A DNA stretch of 43,972 nucleotides from Craspedostauros australis. Lineage: Eukaryota. Shown in pieces: positions 27,501 to 39,400 of this stretch. The notes below the pieces were generated by a model, which searched no databases, was not told the origin of the DNA, and saw only the letters and a list, made by a program, of their open reading frames with translations. The stretch is from positions 1 through 43,972 of the forward strand of contig JALAGF010005524.1 of assembly GCA_030167865.1 (NCBI GenBank), in the 5' to 3' direction. The position numbers and the translations under genes are program-made. The first letter of the stretch is position 1. Every line of letters begins with the position of its first letter.

Positions 27501-28193
27501 CTGATTGCGAATGAGGCGGCTGACGAGTTCCTGGATGGGCGGTCCCGATCGAGAACGTTGCAGCATCGCGTTGATGCGATTGACCGTGACGAGCGGTTCC
27601 TCCTGTTGATGATGCCGTGGCTGTTCCTGCAGGACGCGATCCATAAGCATCCATTGCCATTTGGCGTTGATGACGACATCGCTGTTCTCCTGCAGGATGG
27701 AGGCAACGATGGTCCAATCCTGCGGCGCCCAGGATTGCCTCTGATCGATCAGCTGGATGGCTTCCTCACGACGCACGTCCAGCTGCTTCCCTTTCTGACG
27801 ATTGGCCTGCTTGTGGTTCTGCCATTTCTTGGAGCGTCGTTGCGGATTGTTCTGCGTCTGCTGCAACGGCGGTTGGAAGGACGTGAACGATCCGAATTGT
27901 CGCACGCTACTGCGATTGTCGCTCCAAGATGGGTACCTGCATGACTGCCGATGAGACCTTTGATGGCTTGGATGACAGCATTGGCGAGAACCGTGACCGC
28001 ATCGCTCATGCTGGCATCCAACCGAAGCTACTGCCGCTATCGACGACGACGACGACGGTGGCGAAAGCGATGCAGCGGAAGACAACCGTGATCTCTGGGC
28101 CACCGTTCTGCTCCAACCCACACTCGGTCTCCAACGCATGCGCTTCGCCACGCCTCCGACCACAGCGACAACCGACGCGGCAGGGTTGGGCAT
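24531..28193 (-). CDS. Large degenerate pentatricopeptide-repeat (PPR)-like protein, probably mitochondrial
   Basis: Intronless ORF of ~1220 aa. Repeated helical units (PNKNAFSYMIHVWSQ, PGVALYASIIAAWEK..RAEALL, AFANVMTAW, PNLETYNAVLQVW, RCWSKSPNAAERAENIL). R/S-rich N-terminus. Confidence 0.7.
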   Translation of the reverse strand: MPNPAASVVAVVGGVAKRMRWRPSVGWSRTVAQRSRLSSAASLSPPSSSSSIAAVASVGCQHERCGHGSRQCCHPSHQRSHRQSCRYPSWSDNRSSVRQFGSFTSFQPPLQQTQNNPQRRSKKWQNHKQANRQKGKQLDVRREEAIQLIDQRQSWAPQDWTIVASILQENSDVVINAKWQWMLMDRVLQEQPRHHQQEEPLVTVNRINAMLQRSRSGPPIQELVSRLIRNQDLHPLLNLESYRCLMECAIAQQQIDWCPQILSAATHHHPQSVALYATLMEAYIVTPGMAPKADLVWQHIVAASDKQLDDELLSETATDELQHRFFMVPDASTLVTLLDAWLRHPNTAGAHNDAIQTMQQYMDYCILEARTVTQASTFLNPLLSRCMKYQRPTRTNGGGSNSKNNSDNTVDPSSWMAYMMDGIMTHVLKYATHHNMHGMMPNKNAFSYMIHVWSQTCRLRSRVPYKAPEYAEHWLRQMQNYSTSMPGVALYASIIAAWEKLYLHPLAPHRAEALLHQMIASCETDINQRMPTRSQRRGGSDLLLLSLWSKCGMPHKADGMLRDLIEEGRVHHDPISPIAFANVMTAWRKHQSPHRVQEILDLLIAQQRQYGDTQSNLSDIPFNVALQAWGATQQSESIPKINAVLEQLHQHTEPTITTAWVALEAYEQCMSHNGDDGIPSHAFDLIHQANRAVESRNRSLKIKVLDKAFRIWQHDDDRCQQILQIIANQLRAMRRPLDREQTMLALNALLILSSSNEVMARSILDIITQNSVLHSLIAWSHSGLPERQQHMDRIYRAGLADPNREFLSACLITGMPVDESHDAFVVLSAYADALDKLATIHTRLDKAIAMMHEMVEFAARSEPTLQGEDTHDIADIFVKLIAAATKQKRGDMVDDVWGALARLQSQYEGQANLISPRILEALPEDRAMLKSTILQMILNQKQATRRHKLDRIQSKHFDIVLDALVRSDDEKAGKLSESIFLRMQQHAEDGHINKPKFSVLEKVLRCWSKSPNAAERAENILRFAETLQQEDDDMGFRPSPEGYVAVIHALSNSTTLDDAPQRILGIIAKIQSQDGFVGIDQVAFNQRVYVALFRAYANQPINRNGEADDDAAAVLFAEIPERHRDTEIHNAFLATSSSVEQAMQRMQDIPMPNLETYNAVLQVWHRTQSDSEAVEDFVRQYIPHPNKVTVEWMMKIRPDDDKYLQLCEDYCVGTSMTGRR

Positions 28194-29442
28194 GATGGTG
28201 CGATACGAGCTTGAATAAGGTGCAGCGCGCGAGATCACAATGGGACGAGGAGTTGTGAAGTTGTACAACTATTGATGGTCCCAGATGGTCAAGCATGGTG
28301 ATGGAGTGGCCACCATCGCCACCACCAGCAACCATGACAAAGAAGAAGAAGATCTGTCACGTCTCCACCAATGTCTTCGTTTGTCGATTCAACATTTCAA
28401 TCCTGGAAATTCGTGATCAACATCCCTCTTGATTCACGCGCACCATGCGTGACTGAAAGCTCTTGATTGATTCGTGACAAACGATTTGCGAAGCGAACAG
28501 CGGAGAATTCCATGCTTGCCACATCATGTTGCATGACGACGCGAATGTTCATCGTGGAACAATCAGCGATTTCTTGCTCTGTTTGCAGGACTGTCGCCGT
28601 CAACATCACCAACACCATCATCGTCGCCGCTACGTGACACAAACTCGAACGAACGAACGAACAAAAACAGCGACGACAACAATCACAACCGGCACAACTG
28701 ATGCCACAGAAGGGAAGCTGAACAGAAGCCAGGAGGAAGACAAGACTCGGTACGTGCGAATGGCCATGGCGCTTTCTGTCTTGTTTTGCATCTGAGGTTG
28801 GTTTCCGTCCGTCGATCCATCTTTGCCTCCTGCCTTCTGCGTCTCCATCCTTCGTTTCCTTCTTTCATGCGGCTATGCTTGACTTGGTTTGAATTGATTT
28901 GATCCCAGGGAGAAATGGATTTGATCTCAATTGGTTGGACTTGGATTGTCTTGCCTTCCTGCAAGGTTGGCCGTTGGCGTCGCACAGATGATTGGTTGAC
29001 GCATTACCTGATGCCTTGGCTTCATCGACGCGCCGTGCCAACAGCCACAAATCCCACCTGTGTCATCTCGCTTGTTCGCACAGAGTACACGCTGTGATTG
29101 CAAACCCGACACAATGCGCACACGTGACCTCACAAACAACCGCGATTGCCCCACGAACCCTGTCATCAACGAACTTTATGGCTCCGTGCTTCAATCGACA
29201 TCACCAACAACAACGACTCATTGACAACTCAATCCATCCACGGCACACACCCACACACGCACCCACAGAGAGACAGAGAGAGAAACGCTGGCGCCTCCCT
29301 CCAGCGCCAACCACCTCAGGCAGAATTAGTGAGAACAAAAAAGACATCGACTGACAACTCTGCTCACAAACCAATTCAATTCAATTGGCACATACCATAA
29401 CATCACACTACATCACATCACACAACAACCGCAACAACAACC

Positions 29443-31017
29443 ATGAAGCCCACGAAGCATGATTCCCAACCGTTTCAAAGCATCATCCCAGATGCCAGCA
29501 CAGATGTGCTCGACGATAGGTGAGTCAGTATCCGTGTACCAGCCACTATCGCAACCAGTTCGGATGCAACGAATTCCAGCCAGCCAATCGGCGACCCAAG
29601 TGGAGGCGGGCAGAGATAGACGCTGCCGTTCTCATCATTCATCCTCACAATCAGCCAGCATCGACATCCAACATCAACATCCAACATCAACGACATAGCA
29701 ATGGCACAGCAATGACACAACAATGACTGACGATTGGCATCTTCCTCCTCCTGTACTCGTACGTTTCCTTCATGCCTTTGCAGATTCACATTCCATGAAA
29801 TGCTGGGACAAGGATCCTTCGCCGTCGTGCACAGGTGTACGCCTGTTGCACCACCCAAACGGAAGAGGCGCCTGTCTCGACGATCCTCTTCTGCGTCCGT
29901 TTCGTCCATCTTCTCTCTGCGACGGCGAAAGCCAAGCTACGCCTGCAAGAGCATCATCAAGACGCGCCTGCTCAAGAACTACAGCGCTGACTTGGACGAG
30001 GACGAGGAGACGCTGCTCAGCCAGCCCGTCCAACAAAGATACAACCAGTACTACATGCAGGCCATCCGCCGTGAAATCGATTGCCTCAAGCAACTCAGCA
30101 TGACGTACTCATGCGAATTTGGCAAGGACCAACTTGGTCGCAATTCCAAAACAACCAACGAAAGCAGCAGTCGAAGCATCCGCAACTGGTCCAGACGCAG
30201 CAGCAGCAGGAGTAGCAACAGCAGCAACCTTCACGAGGAGGAAGACGAGTGGCAGTACATTCTGCAGCTGCATCATGTCCTGGAAGATGCTAGATACATC
30301 CACATGATCACCGAATACTGCCCCAACAGCATGGATCTGTATGACTTCCTGCATGCCAACAATCACCCGCAACATAGCTCCGCAGAATCGTTGGCACAAC
30401 CCGAACATCTCGCGACGCGTATCATCCAGCAGGTCCTGCACGCACTATCTTACTGTCATGATCGCGGCATTGCCCATCGTGACATCAAGCCCGAAAATAT
30501 CCTCATCAAATCAAAGCCGAAGCTCCAAATCAAGCTCATTGATTTTGGTCTGGCACGACCCTTCTCCGAGGATCAGCGCATGAAATCCAGCGTCGGCACC
30601 GTCTATTACGTGGCACCAGAGGTTCTTGCCGGACATGCCAATTACGACGAGAAGTGCGATGTATGGAGCACGGGTGTCATCCTCTTCCTCCTCCTTACGG
30701 GTCGATTGCCCTTCTTTGCCGATACCGAATCGCAGACGTTGAAGTTGGTGCAGCGCGGTCAGCTGGACTTTGATGCCAGCACCACGACACCGGCATCGCA
30801 ACAATGCACGCGATCCCTGCTGCGAGTCGATGCCACGCAACGTCCCTCGGCGCGTCAGGCCTTGCATCATGAATGGATCACGGCCAGTGCGAATAGATCG
30901 AATTCCTCCACCATGCGACTTAGCGGCCTGTTCCGGCGGCTGTCGCAAAAGAAGGGATATCGTGGATGTCTTGGCAATCCTTCGCAAGACACCGAGGAGT
31001 CCATGGTCGACGTGTGA
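29443..31017 (+). CDS. CAMK/CDPK-related Ser/Thr protein kinase without EF-hands; exons 29443-29519, 29784-31017
   Basis: LGQGSFAVV, ACKSI, HRDIKPEN, DFG, GTVYYVAPE and DVWSTGV are all intact. Phase-2 intron AG|gtgagt...tgcag|A. Confidence 0.9.
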
Positions 31018-31164
31018 GCGGTTGGAGCTAACTCTATGGAGTAGGAGTACGGTGATACTTTCATTCTCGTACCAACAGTATGCTCGAGTGCAGTGCAGCG
31101 CAGTGTAACAGCAGTACTCTATTACAATATTCAACAAGAGATCATTTGTATTGGTTGCTGTTTA

Positions 31165-32919
31165 TCATAGGTCCGCACTCTGCCGCCTTGCACTGTCTTT
31201 TTCTTTGTTATCTTTTCCTTCCTCAGACTCGGCGGAGGTGGCCGCCGCATCGATCAAAGCGGACACATCCAACCGCTGCCAACGTCGCATCGGCAATTTG
31301 TCTCGCAGCTCCTTCAACTTCTCTTTCATCGACCCAGAGAACTTGGGATCCATCTCCACGGCCTTGTCGATATCCTGCAATGCGATGCGCCCATCCCCAT
31401 CCCGATCGACACGTTGAAAGATCGACCCCAGCGCTTTCACCTCCAACGATGACAGCCCCCGCGTCAGATTCCCCATGGCCTTCTTGATCTTGATGTTCTG
31501 CAGGAATTTCCGAAAGGCCGTAGTCTTGTCACCATCCAGACGGATTGTGGTTGATGAAATGCGCGTGAGCGGTTTGGGCGGCGGCACGAGAGGACCCACA
31601 GATGGCCGTGGCTTGGATTGCAGCGGCAACGGCATGTCGCCGACGGACGCCTTGCGGCTTGGCAGTGGTGGCATTGCAACGACTTCCTCGTCCTCTTTCA
31701 GTGGCTCTGCCTCTTCCTTCACGAACCGTGCAATCCAAGGATTCGCCATGGCCTCCTTGGCTGTCGGCCGGTGGGTCGGGTCCTTGCGCAATAGCGATTT
31801 GACAAAGTCCTTGGCCTCATGCGAGATGTCATCCCATTCCGGCGACGGGAATTCCAGCTCGTAATTCTCAATCTGGTACATCGTCTCGTAATCGTTGTCT
31901 CCCGCGAATGGCGCGAATCCGCACAACAGAATGTAGACGATGACGCCGATGCTCCAGATGTCGCATTTGCTGGTGTAGTGCCGTTGCAACACTTCCGGCG
32001 CGACATAATAGGGTGTACCTGCGATGCATGGATTGATGAGTGGCATTGAATTGCGTTGGATGTCGTGCGTATTATGCGCGAGCGAAATTGAGTGAGTGCA
32101 CGTTTGGAATGGGGGGCAACCACACATGCGGCAACCACAAGCATAGAGGCAAGCAGAGAGAATGAACGTAAGGTAGCGTAACGCAACGCAACACGTACCA
32201 ACCCTGGATTCCATCACCCCGAAGGTTGGATCGGCATGCCGGCTCAGCCCAAAATCGATGATCTTTATGGGCGCATCCTCATCCTCGTTGGCTAGCAGAA
32301 AATTCTCCGGTTTCAAATCCCGATGCACCACGTTGATGGAATGACAGTAGGCGATGGCATCCAGCACGTCGCGGATCATGACGGCCACATCGTTCTCCTC
32401 AAAATGACCCTCCTCCGATTCCGACTTCTCCAGCAACCGATCGTACAATTCCCCTCCCGTGCACAATTCGGTGACGAGATGGATGGATTCAAAGTCCTCG
32501 TAAACATCGACGAGACGGATGATGTGGGGATGGTGCACCTCCTGGAGGATGCTGATTTCTCGTTTCAACGTTTCGACGTCGTTGATCTTGGATTTGGCAA
32601 TGGTCTTGACGGCCAGTTCCTCACCGGTCTTTCGGTTCGTGCAGCGTCGCACGATCCCGAAGCTGCCGCTGCCCAATACTTCATGGACGTTGTATCTGAT
32701 ATCAACGCGCGGCAAAGAAGAGTAGAAAGCATGGTCAACATGCAGTGCAGGCGGGATGAGAAACGAAATGAAACGAAACGCGCCATACGGAGCATAGCCT
32801 ACTTGTATGGTACCAAAGCAACAGCGACGATGGTGCTCACAAGACCGGCATGAGGCGCAGCACACTAATGAAACTCACTTCTCCTTGATCTCCGAAAGGG
32901 CTCTCGTGATGACCGGCAT
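31165..32919 (-). CDS. Calcium-dependent protein kinase-like (kinase + junction + reduced EF-hand domain); exons 32919-32879, 32695-32199, 32018-31165
   Basis: LGSGSFGIV, AVKTI, TELCTGGELYD, HRDLKPENFL, DFG and GTPYYVAPE. Junction-like AFRKFLQNIKIKKAM and an EF loop DRDGDGRIALQD. The start codon is uncertain. Confidence 0.88.
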
Positions 32920-33534
32920 CTTGCTAAAGTTTGATGCTGTGCGTCTCAATGTTCTCTCTCTCCCACTCTGTTGTTGTTGTTGTCGACCTTGTGGATCGTT
33001 GTTGTCGGTGTGCAATGTATGTCTTTTTTCTCTCTTGCTGTTGTCTTTGTTGTGCGATTGTGAGTGCAAGTTTGGGTCGGGACATGTTCTGATGCCAAGG
33101 AGGCGCACAGAGAAGATGACAGAGAAAGCGGCCGTTCTTCTTCGAAGGAATGGGAAAGGCGTGATGCCAATCCTCTGTTGTCATGACCAGGAGGGTCGTT
33201 TTGTGGGAATTGCGCCATCTCTCTTTTCAGGAATGTTCTCATCTTTTTCGTTTTTTATGTCGCCTGTTTGGCGTCTGTGACACTTTGAGTTGGTTTGAAG
33301 CATCTCCTAGTCTGGCCGTCTACCATTGTCGCCCTAATATACGTCTGTCCAAGGTACGGGAGAATTGATGCTTCGCTCATTCTTCACATCAATACAAATG
33401 ACGCAACGACGACACCCTTCGATCTTTGTTGGCACTTGGGCGTTGGGATGATCCAACCATCACATCGCAACGCATCACATCGCGGCTTGACAGAACACAG
33501 CGCACGACACAATCTTACACCAACAACGACCAAG

Positions 33535-34545
33535 ATGACGACGATTCCGAAATTCACCATCGCCACGGCCTGTTTGTGCTTGCTGCAGCTGTCGAATGCA
33601 ATAGTTGGAGTGGCGGCATTCCACGTGCACTCGCAGAAAACATTGCTCGTCCAAGCCGACGCATCACATCGGCAAGCAGCGCCGTGGGTGTTGGCATCCA
33701 CCAATCAGGAAGATGCGCAGACCATCACGACGGCTGCCACGCCAATACCAACAACGGGCGACAAAGCCACAGGCACAGCCAACGACAGCACGAACGACGA
33801 CTTCATCAATGAATTCTGCCAATCGACCAACAACTTCTGGAAGGGTCTCGTCATCGCACCAGTGCGTGACTACGTCGCCATCCGACCCGGCGGTACGGCC
33901 GAATCGGACATCCTCTCGCGACTGACGGCGCCGCCCGAAATCCCCGGCATCCCGCGCCCCGTCTGGTTCACCATCCTTGGCAGCGTCCCCACCGCGTTGG
34001 GTTGGTACGGGTACTACAAATTCAGTGTGGAGGAAGAACTGTACCAGCACGAATTGCAAACGGAAGGCAAGGTCAGCGGCTGCGGTGGATACGGCACGCT
34101 GTTCCCGTTCGTCTACGGCATCTTGGTGGGATTTCCATTGTCATTCGTGGGCATCGAGTTGGGCGACACCATCATCGAGGCCGCGTCGGTATGGATCCTG
34201 CTGGGGCAAGTCAATTTGTACCGGCGCGTCAACGAGTTGTGTGGTGACGCTGTTGTGACCAGCAGCAACAGCACCGACATCGCACAGCCACCATTGCACA
34301 GCTGGTGGGCTTTGCTGCCGCCACCGTTGGATGTGGTGGTGGGATTGCGTCAGGTCCATTTCTTGTCCGAATACTGGCGCACGCAGCGTGACGAACCGTA
34401 TCAGAAGGACGTGATCGCTGAGGAGCTGTTTCCCTTCATCAGCGCACCGCGCTTCACGTTGAAGCAGTTCTTCCGCACACCTTCCATGTGGTTTTGGTTC
34501 ACGAAGGAATGGAGAGATCTCGAATGGGACATCCTCAAGGACTGA
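33535..34545 (+). CDS. Plastid-targeted conserved hypothetical membrane protein
   Basis: Signal peptide ending VAA-FHVH, transit-like region, several hydrophobic segments, intact ORF. Confidence 0.75.
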   Translation: MTTIPKFTIATACLCLLQLSNAIVGVAAFHVHSQKTLLVQADASHRQAAPWVLASTNQEDAQTITTAATPIPTTGDKATGTANDSTNDDFINEFCQSTNNFWKGLVIAPVRDYVAIRPGGTAESDILSRLTAPPEIPGIPRPVWFTILGSVPTALGWYGYYKFSVEEELYQHELQTEGKVSGCGGYGTLFPFVYGILVGFPLSFVGIELGDTIIEAASVWILLGQVNLYRRVNELCGDAVVTSSNSTDIAQPPLHSWWALLPPPLDVVVGLRQVHFLSEYWRTQRDEPYQKDVIAEELFPFISAPRFTLKQFFRTPSMWFWFTKEWRDLEWDILKD

Positions 34546-35850
34546 GCTGAATCATCTTCCTGTGAGTACAGTCAGATAGAGTACTCTACTCTGCTCTACG
34601 ATATCATCAATGCTCTTTGGTGAATAGCATTCAATGATGCGCTAAGATTCGATGTGCAGTATTCGTAGCTATGGCATCATAATGCATGGGTTGATGCATT
34701 GTTGGTGATACAAAAGTTGCTTCGCGATTCATGGCACCATGGATGCTCACAGGTTTCGATTGGCGCTTGCCAAAGAGAAGCCAAGCATAAGTCGTATAGG
34801 TACACGTATCTGATGGGATGCCTGCTGGATACGAGTGGATGTGGCCGCATGGTATAGAGCGGAACAGAGATCAATGCGCAACCTTCATCGGAACGGACGC
34901 TGGTTTGGGTGTTATTCTTGCTCCTTTCGACTACGTCGCCCGCGTGGGACTCTGTTCAGTCGCGAAGTGATGAGATCATCGCCCCATGGTTGACGCGTCC
35001 TTGAGCAATTCTGGTACGAATGTGATTCTCCAATGTAACACATACTGTGGCTTCGTTCGGTTTACAATGTGCAACAAGATTGAAGCCTGGCATGTGTGTT
35101 GTTGGCGTTCGTGGATGGAACACTGGCCCCGCGGCGTTTCTTCCCGCGAGTCAATCAGAAACCGAAAACGAGACGAAAGGCCCGACGATCGACGTCTGGA
35201 AATAATTTGGCGCGAAGCTGATCATACCTCGATCATGGCGAAAAGGGGAACAACATGAATGCCTCATCGCATCGTTGGTCTTGTTACGATCTGCACGACC
35301 AACATTGCGATACAACACAAATGCAATGACATGTTCGTCCACTCGTGTGAAGAGGGGCGCAACACGCAAACGCACAACCATGAGCGAGAAGGAAGACTTG
35401 AATGACGGACTTGGTTCACGACCTGCAGACAATCTGAACTGTTATTCGGGTCATAATGACGCTGGCACGAGAGCGATTGACACTATAGATCGACAAGAGA
35501 AAGACATGGCTGGCTCTTGTTTGTGCCTGTCGTACCGAACCCGAAGGATGAAGGAATTTAACGACGCAGCAACCAACACAGAGTAATAGAAAAAGGTCGC
35601 TGAAGCGTTGGTCGTAAACTACTCGTAAGTTTGCTCGTGTGCGGACAACCCCAACAAGAATGTGCGCGTCATGCGGTAACATGTGATGCAACATGGCGCA
35701 GAGAGCGAAGGTCGCCATCACAGACAACAAGGAGCAACAGGACAGGCACAATCATCGTTGCAGATCAACAACGACAAACGATCTGTTGTGCCCATCATCC
35801 CCCACACTGTTGCGTGTTCATCTCTGCTCAATTGAGCTCAATTCAATTCA

Positions 35851-35910
35851 ACTCAGCTCCATTCAGCTCCATTCAGCTCCATTCAGCTCCATTCAGCTCC
35901 ATTCAGCTCC
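35851..35910 (+). repeat. Tandem decamer (ATTCAGCTCC) x6
   Basis: Five perfect copies plus one variant (actcagctcc), read directly. Confidence 0.95.
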
Positions 35911-36451
35911 ATCACGGACACTTCCAACACTCCCTCGAAAGCAGGATTGGCGCAAGGCCCAACTGAAACAAGAAGAGCAGCTAGAGCAGCACAAATAAGT
36001 CCTCCACAACCCCACACATATCCAACATCCACACCAACGGCAACAGCAGACCTTCACAGGAGGAGACCAGCAGGTGGTCAACCGGGAGAGCGGGAGTCAC
36101 AAGCACACAGAGGTGCGCTCCGCTGTTCCTGGAGTTCTCGCACCGTTCCCTATTGCATTCGTAGCAGAGACAGTCGAACGAACAAGCCCAGCATCTGATC
36201 AGCTTCCACAATCGGGAGCAAGAACAGAAAGCGTGCAACGGTTGCAACGACTTTGAAGAGCGATTGTTGGGTGATCGAGAACTGCGAAGCGCAACCTTTG
36301 GAAGGCGGCGGTGATCGTGGACCTCGGAATCCATCAAGACAACCGATAGTTCCCAGACATTCCACTGTGCGACCTTTTGGGACGCGCAACTCCATTGCAA
36401 TACAACTCCATTGAACACAACACATCACAACACAACACAGCACATCACAAC

Positions 36452-39400
36452 ATGACGGAGACAAAGGCATCCACACGACGGCTGAGCGCCTGGCAGCTGC
36501 GCGAACGCATGAAGAACGCGAGAAAGAAGCAGCAGCCGGACATCATCCAGGAAGACGAGGAGTACGCTGTTGATGGAAGCATCCACAGCGGCGTCAGCAC
36601 GCCAAAGAAGAAGAAGGGCAACGCGCTGCCGCCCGCATTCCAGGTCATCCAATCCGTCTCCGCTCATGAACGGCTGCCACGCAAGAAGACCTCGCCGAAG
36701 GTTGCGCTGTCCAGTGCCAGCGCTCACACCCGCAGCTCGACCGCCACCTCCAGCAAGGGACCCGCGGTGGCGCAGCATCAGCAGAATCACAACCATCAGC
36801 ATCAGCGTGCGACGTACTACAGCCATCAGCAACAGCAGAGGCCTCACCGTCAGCAACACCCATCATCGCACAACCAGCACTCATTGTCCATATCCTCCCA
36901 TTCTTCCCTGTCCTCAGCTTCATTCCGCATCAACAATGCCAACATCCATGCCAGCAGCAGCGTCGACAACAATCCAGCGTACAGCCACACCCACAGCAAC
37001 AACAACAACACCAACATCAATAGAAACGGCAGCAAGCAGAAGCAAAAATACGTGCTGCCGAAGGACAAGAGAATCAGCCGCCAACGACAGGAAGAGTCGC
37101 AGAGACGGCGCAGCAACGTCTTCGATGCCCTGGACAAGTACGCCACGGCCAGCGTCAGCGTCGCCACCGATGACGAATCCTCCATGGGTTCCTTCGGTGA
37201 CGATTCCACCCACTTCACCATCGGCAGCGAGCCGCCTGTCAGCCGCCACACGCGCAACACAGTCAACAACATCCTGCAGCGACATCTCCAGGGACGTGCC
37301 AGCGGAGGCAGCGGCAGCGACACGGGGAGCCTCGAGAACATGGCCACCTCATCCAAGGCGGTGGAAGAATCGCTCGATCTTTCCGCGGAATTTTCAACGT
37401 CATCCTTGGACTTCATGAACGACGCCTCGGACTCTGACGAAAACAATCAGGCGGACGCATCGGGCGAGGCGAACGCCGCCAAGCACACTGCAGCAAATGG
37501 AAGCAAAAATGCTGCCAGCAACCCGCTGCACATGCAAGGCTCGATCACTCCCAACGGCAGCGGCCACAAGAACGGACCGCATGCAAATGACGGACCCCTC
37601 ACGCAGGCCACTGACGAACAGTGGGCCAGATTCAAGCTGCTGGGCCGCACCGCATTCGGCGACATTGACATTCAGGACGACATTGTGGGTTACCTCATCA
37701 ATCGGAACGTGTGCATCGTGGAGCGTGCGCTCAAGGGCATCGTGGCATTGCGAACGGACGAAGAGCTGCTTGACACGACGCATCAGGATGGCAACAAGTT
37801 CCATTCCCTCGATCTGCGCACGGGACAGGTGCTGCAGGAGGTGCAGGAAACGGTGGAGCTGCCGACCGAGCCCTATCAGTTCCAGCGCCATCCAGAATCC
37901 GTCGTCCTCGACCTAGAGGTGTCGCAGCAGCTCAAGGATTATATCACCGTCATCTCAAAGATGTACAGGGACAACCCCTTCCACAACTTCGAACATGCCT
38001 CGCACGTCTGCAACAGCGTCAATGATCTGCTTGCCTTGGTGGAACTGCCGGATCCGGAGGACACGGATCCCAACGACATTCGTCTCGTCACGACGGATCC
38101 ATGGACGCAGTTCGCTCTCGTCTTCGCCGCCCTTATTCATGACGTCGATCATTCCGGCGTCCCCAACGCGCAGCTCATCAAGGAGAAGACGCACGTTGCC
38201 AACGCCTACCAGAACAAGAGCGTCGCGGAACAGAACTCGGTGGAGCTGGCGTGGAATCTGCTGCTGGAGCCGTGCTACAGAGATCTGCGCAATTGCATCT
38301 TCCGCACGTCGCAAGAAGTCAGCAGATTCCGTGGATTGGTCGTCACAGCCGTCATGGCCACGGATATTGCCGACAAAGAGCTGGCGGCATTGCGCAAGGG
38401 TCGTGCTGCTGACGTCATGAACGCTGCTGCGAATGGCGATGCTGCGTCACCGGCGTCATCTTCTGCGAAGGCATCACCAGCGTCGTCGTCCCCGTGCATT
38501 GATGCAGTCAGCCGCAGGGCAACCTTCGTGCTCGAAACCTTGATCCAGGCCGCCGATGTCTCGCACACGATGCAAAGCTTCTCGATTTACAAACGATGGA
38601 ACCGCAAACTGTACAGCGAGATGTATTCTGCCTTCAAATACGGACGCGCCGAGAAGGACCCCACCGACGGCTGGTACAAGGGCGACATCGGCTTTTTCGA
38701 TTTCTATATCATCCCGCTGGCACAAAAGCTCAAGCTGTGCGGCGTCGTCTCGTGCGAGCAGTACATCGAAGGTGCCAGATCCAATCGCAGCGAATGGGAA
38801 CGCATCGGAGAGAGTCTCGTCAGAGACTACAACANCACACGCAACGACGCCATTCCACGGGCTTCCACGAGCGGCCTGATGACAGCCAAGATCGCCAAAC
38901 CACCCAGCCAGGATGTTCGCAGTCCCAAGATGTCTTCCAACAACATAGGCGCGTCGAAACCTGGACTGCGCAAGCAATCCTCCAAGATCAAACGTGCGAT
39001 GCCACCATCAGCGACACCGAAAATGAAGAATACCGAGAAGATAAGCAACAACAAGAGCAAGACGAAGAAGAAGATCACCGCCACGTCGAAACGCAACGGC
39101 AAAATCACACCAGCAGCAGCACCGCAGGTTGTGTTGAACATGTCCAACGTCATTCCAAGGAATTCNNNNNNNNNNNNNNNNNNNNNNNNNNNNNNNNNNN
39201 NNNNNNNNNNNNNNNNNNNNNNNNNNNNNNNNNNNNNNNNNNNNNNNNNNNNNNNNNNNNNNNNNNNNNNNNNNNNNNNNNNNNNNNNNNNNNNNNNNNN
39301 NNNNNNNNNNNNNTCATCTTGCGGATCATCGTCATCCTCATCGTCGTCATCTTGCTCTGTGTCGTGCTCTTCGTCATCCGATGACAATGAGCAGGAGGAA

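Noticed and set aside
34560..35800. Short ORFs between the plastid membrane protein and the PDE
   Set aside because: No recognisable motif, codon bias or coherent splice pattern.
35851..35910. CRISPR-like or telomeric array
   Set aside because: A head-to-tail 10-mer with no spacers, not a TTAGGG-type repeat, in a eukaryotic context.
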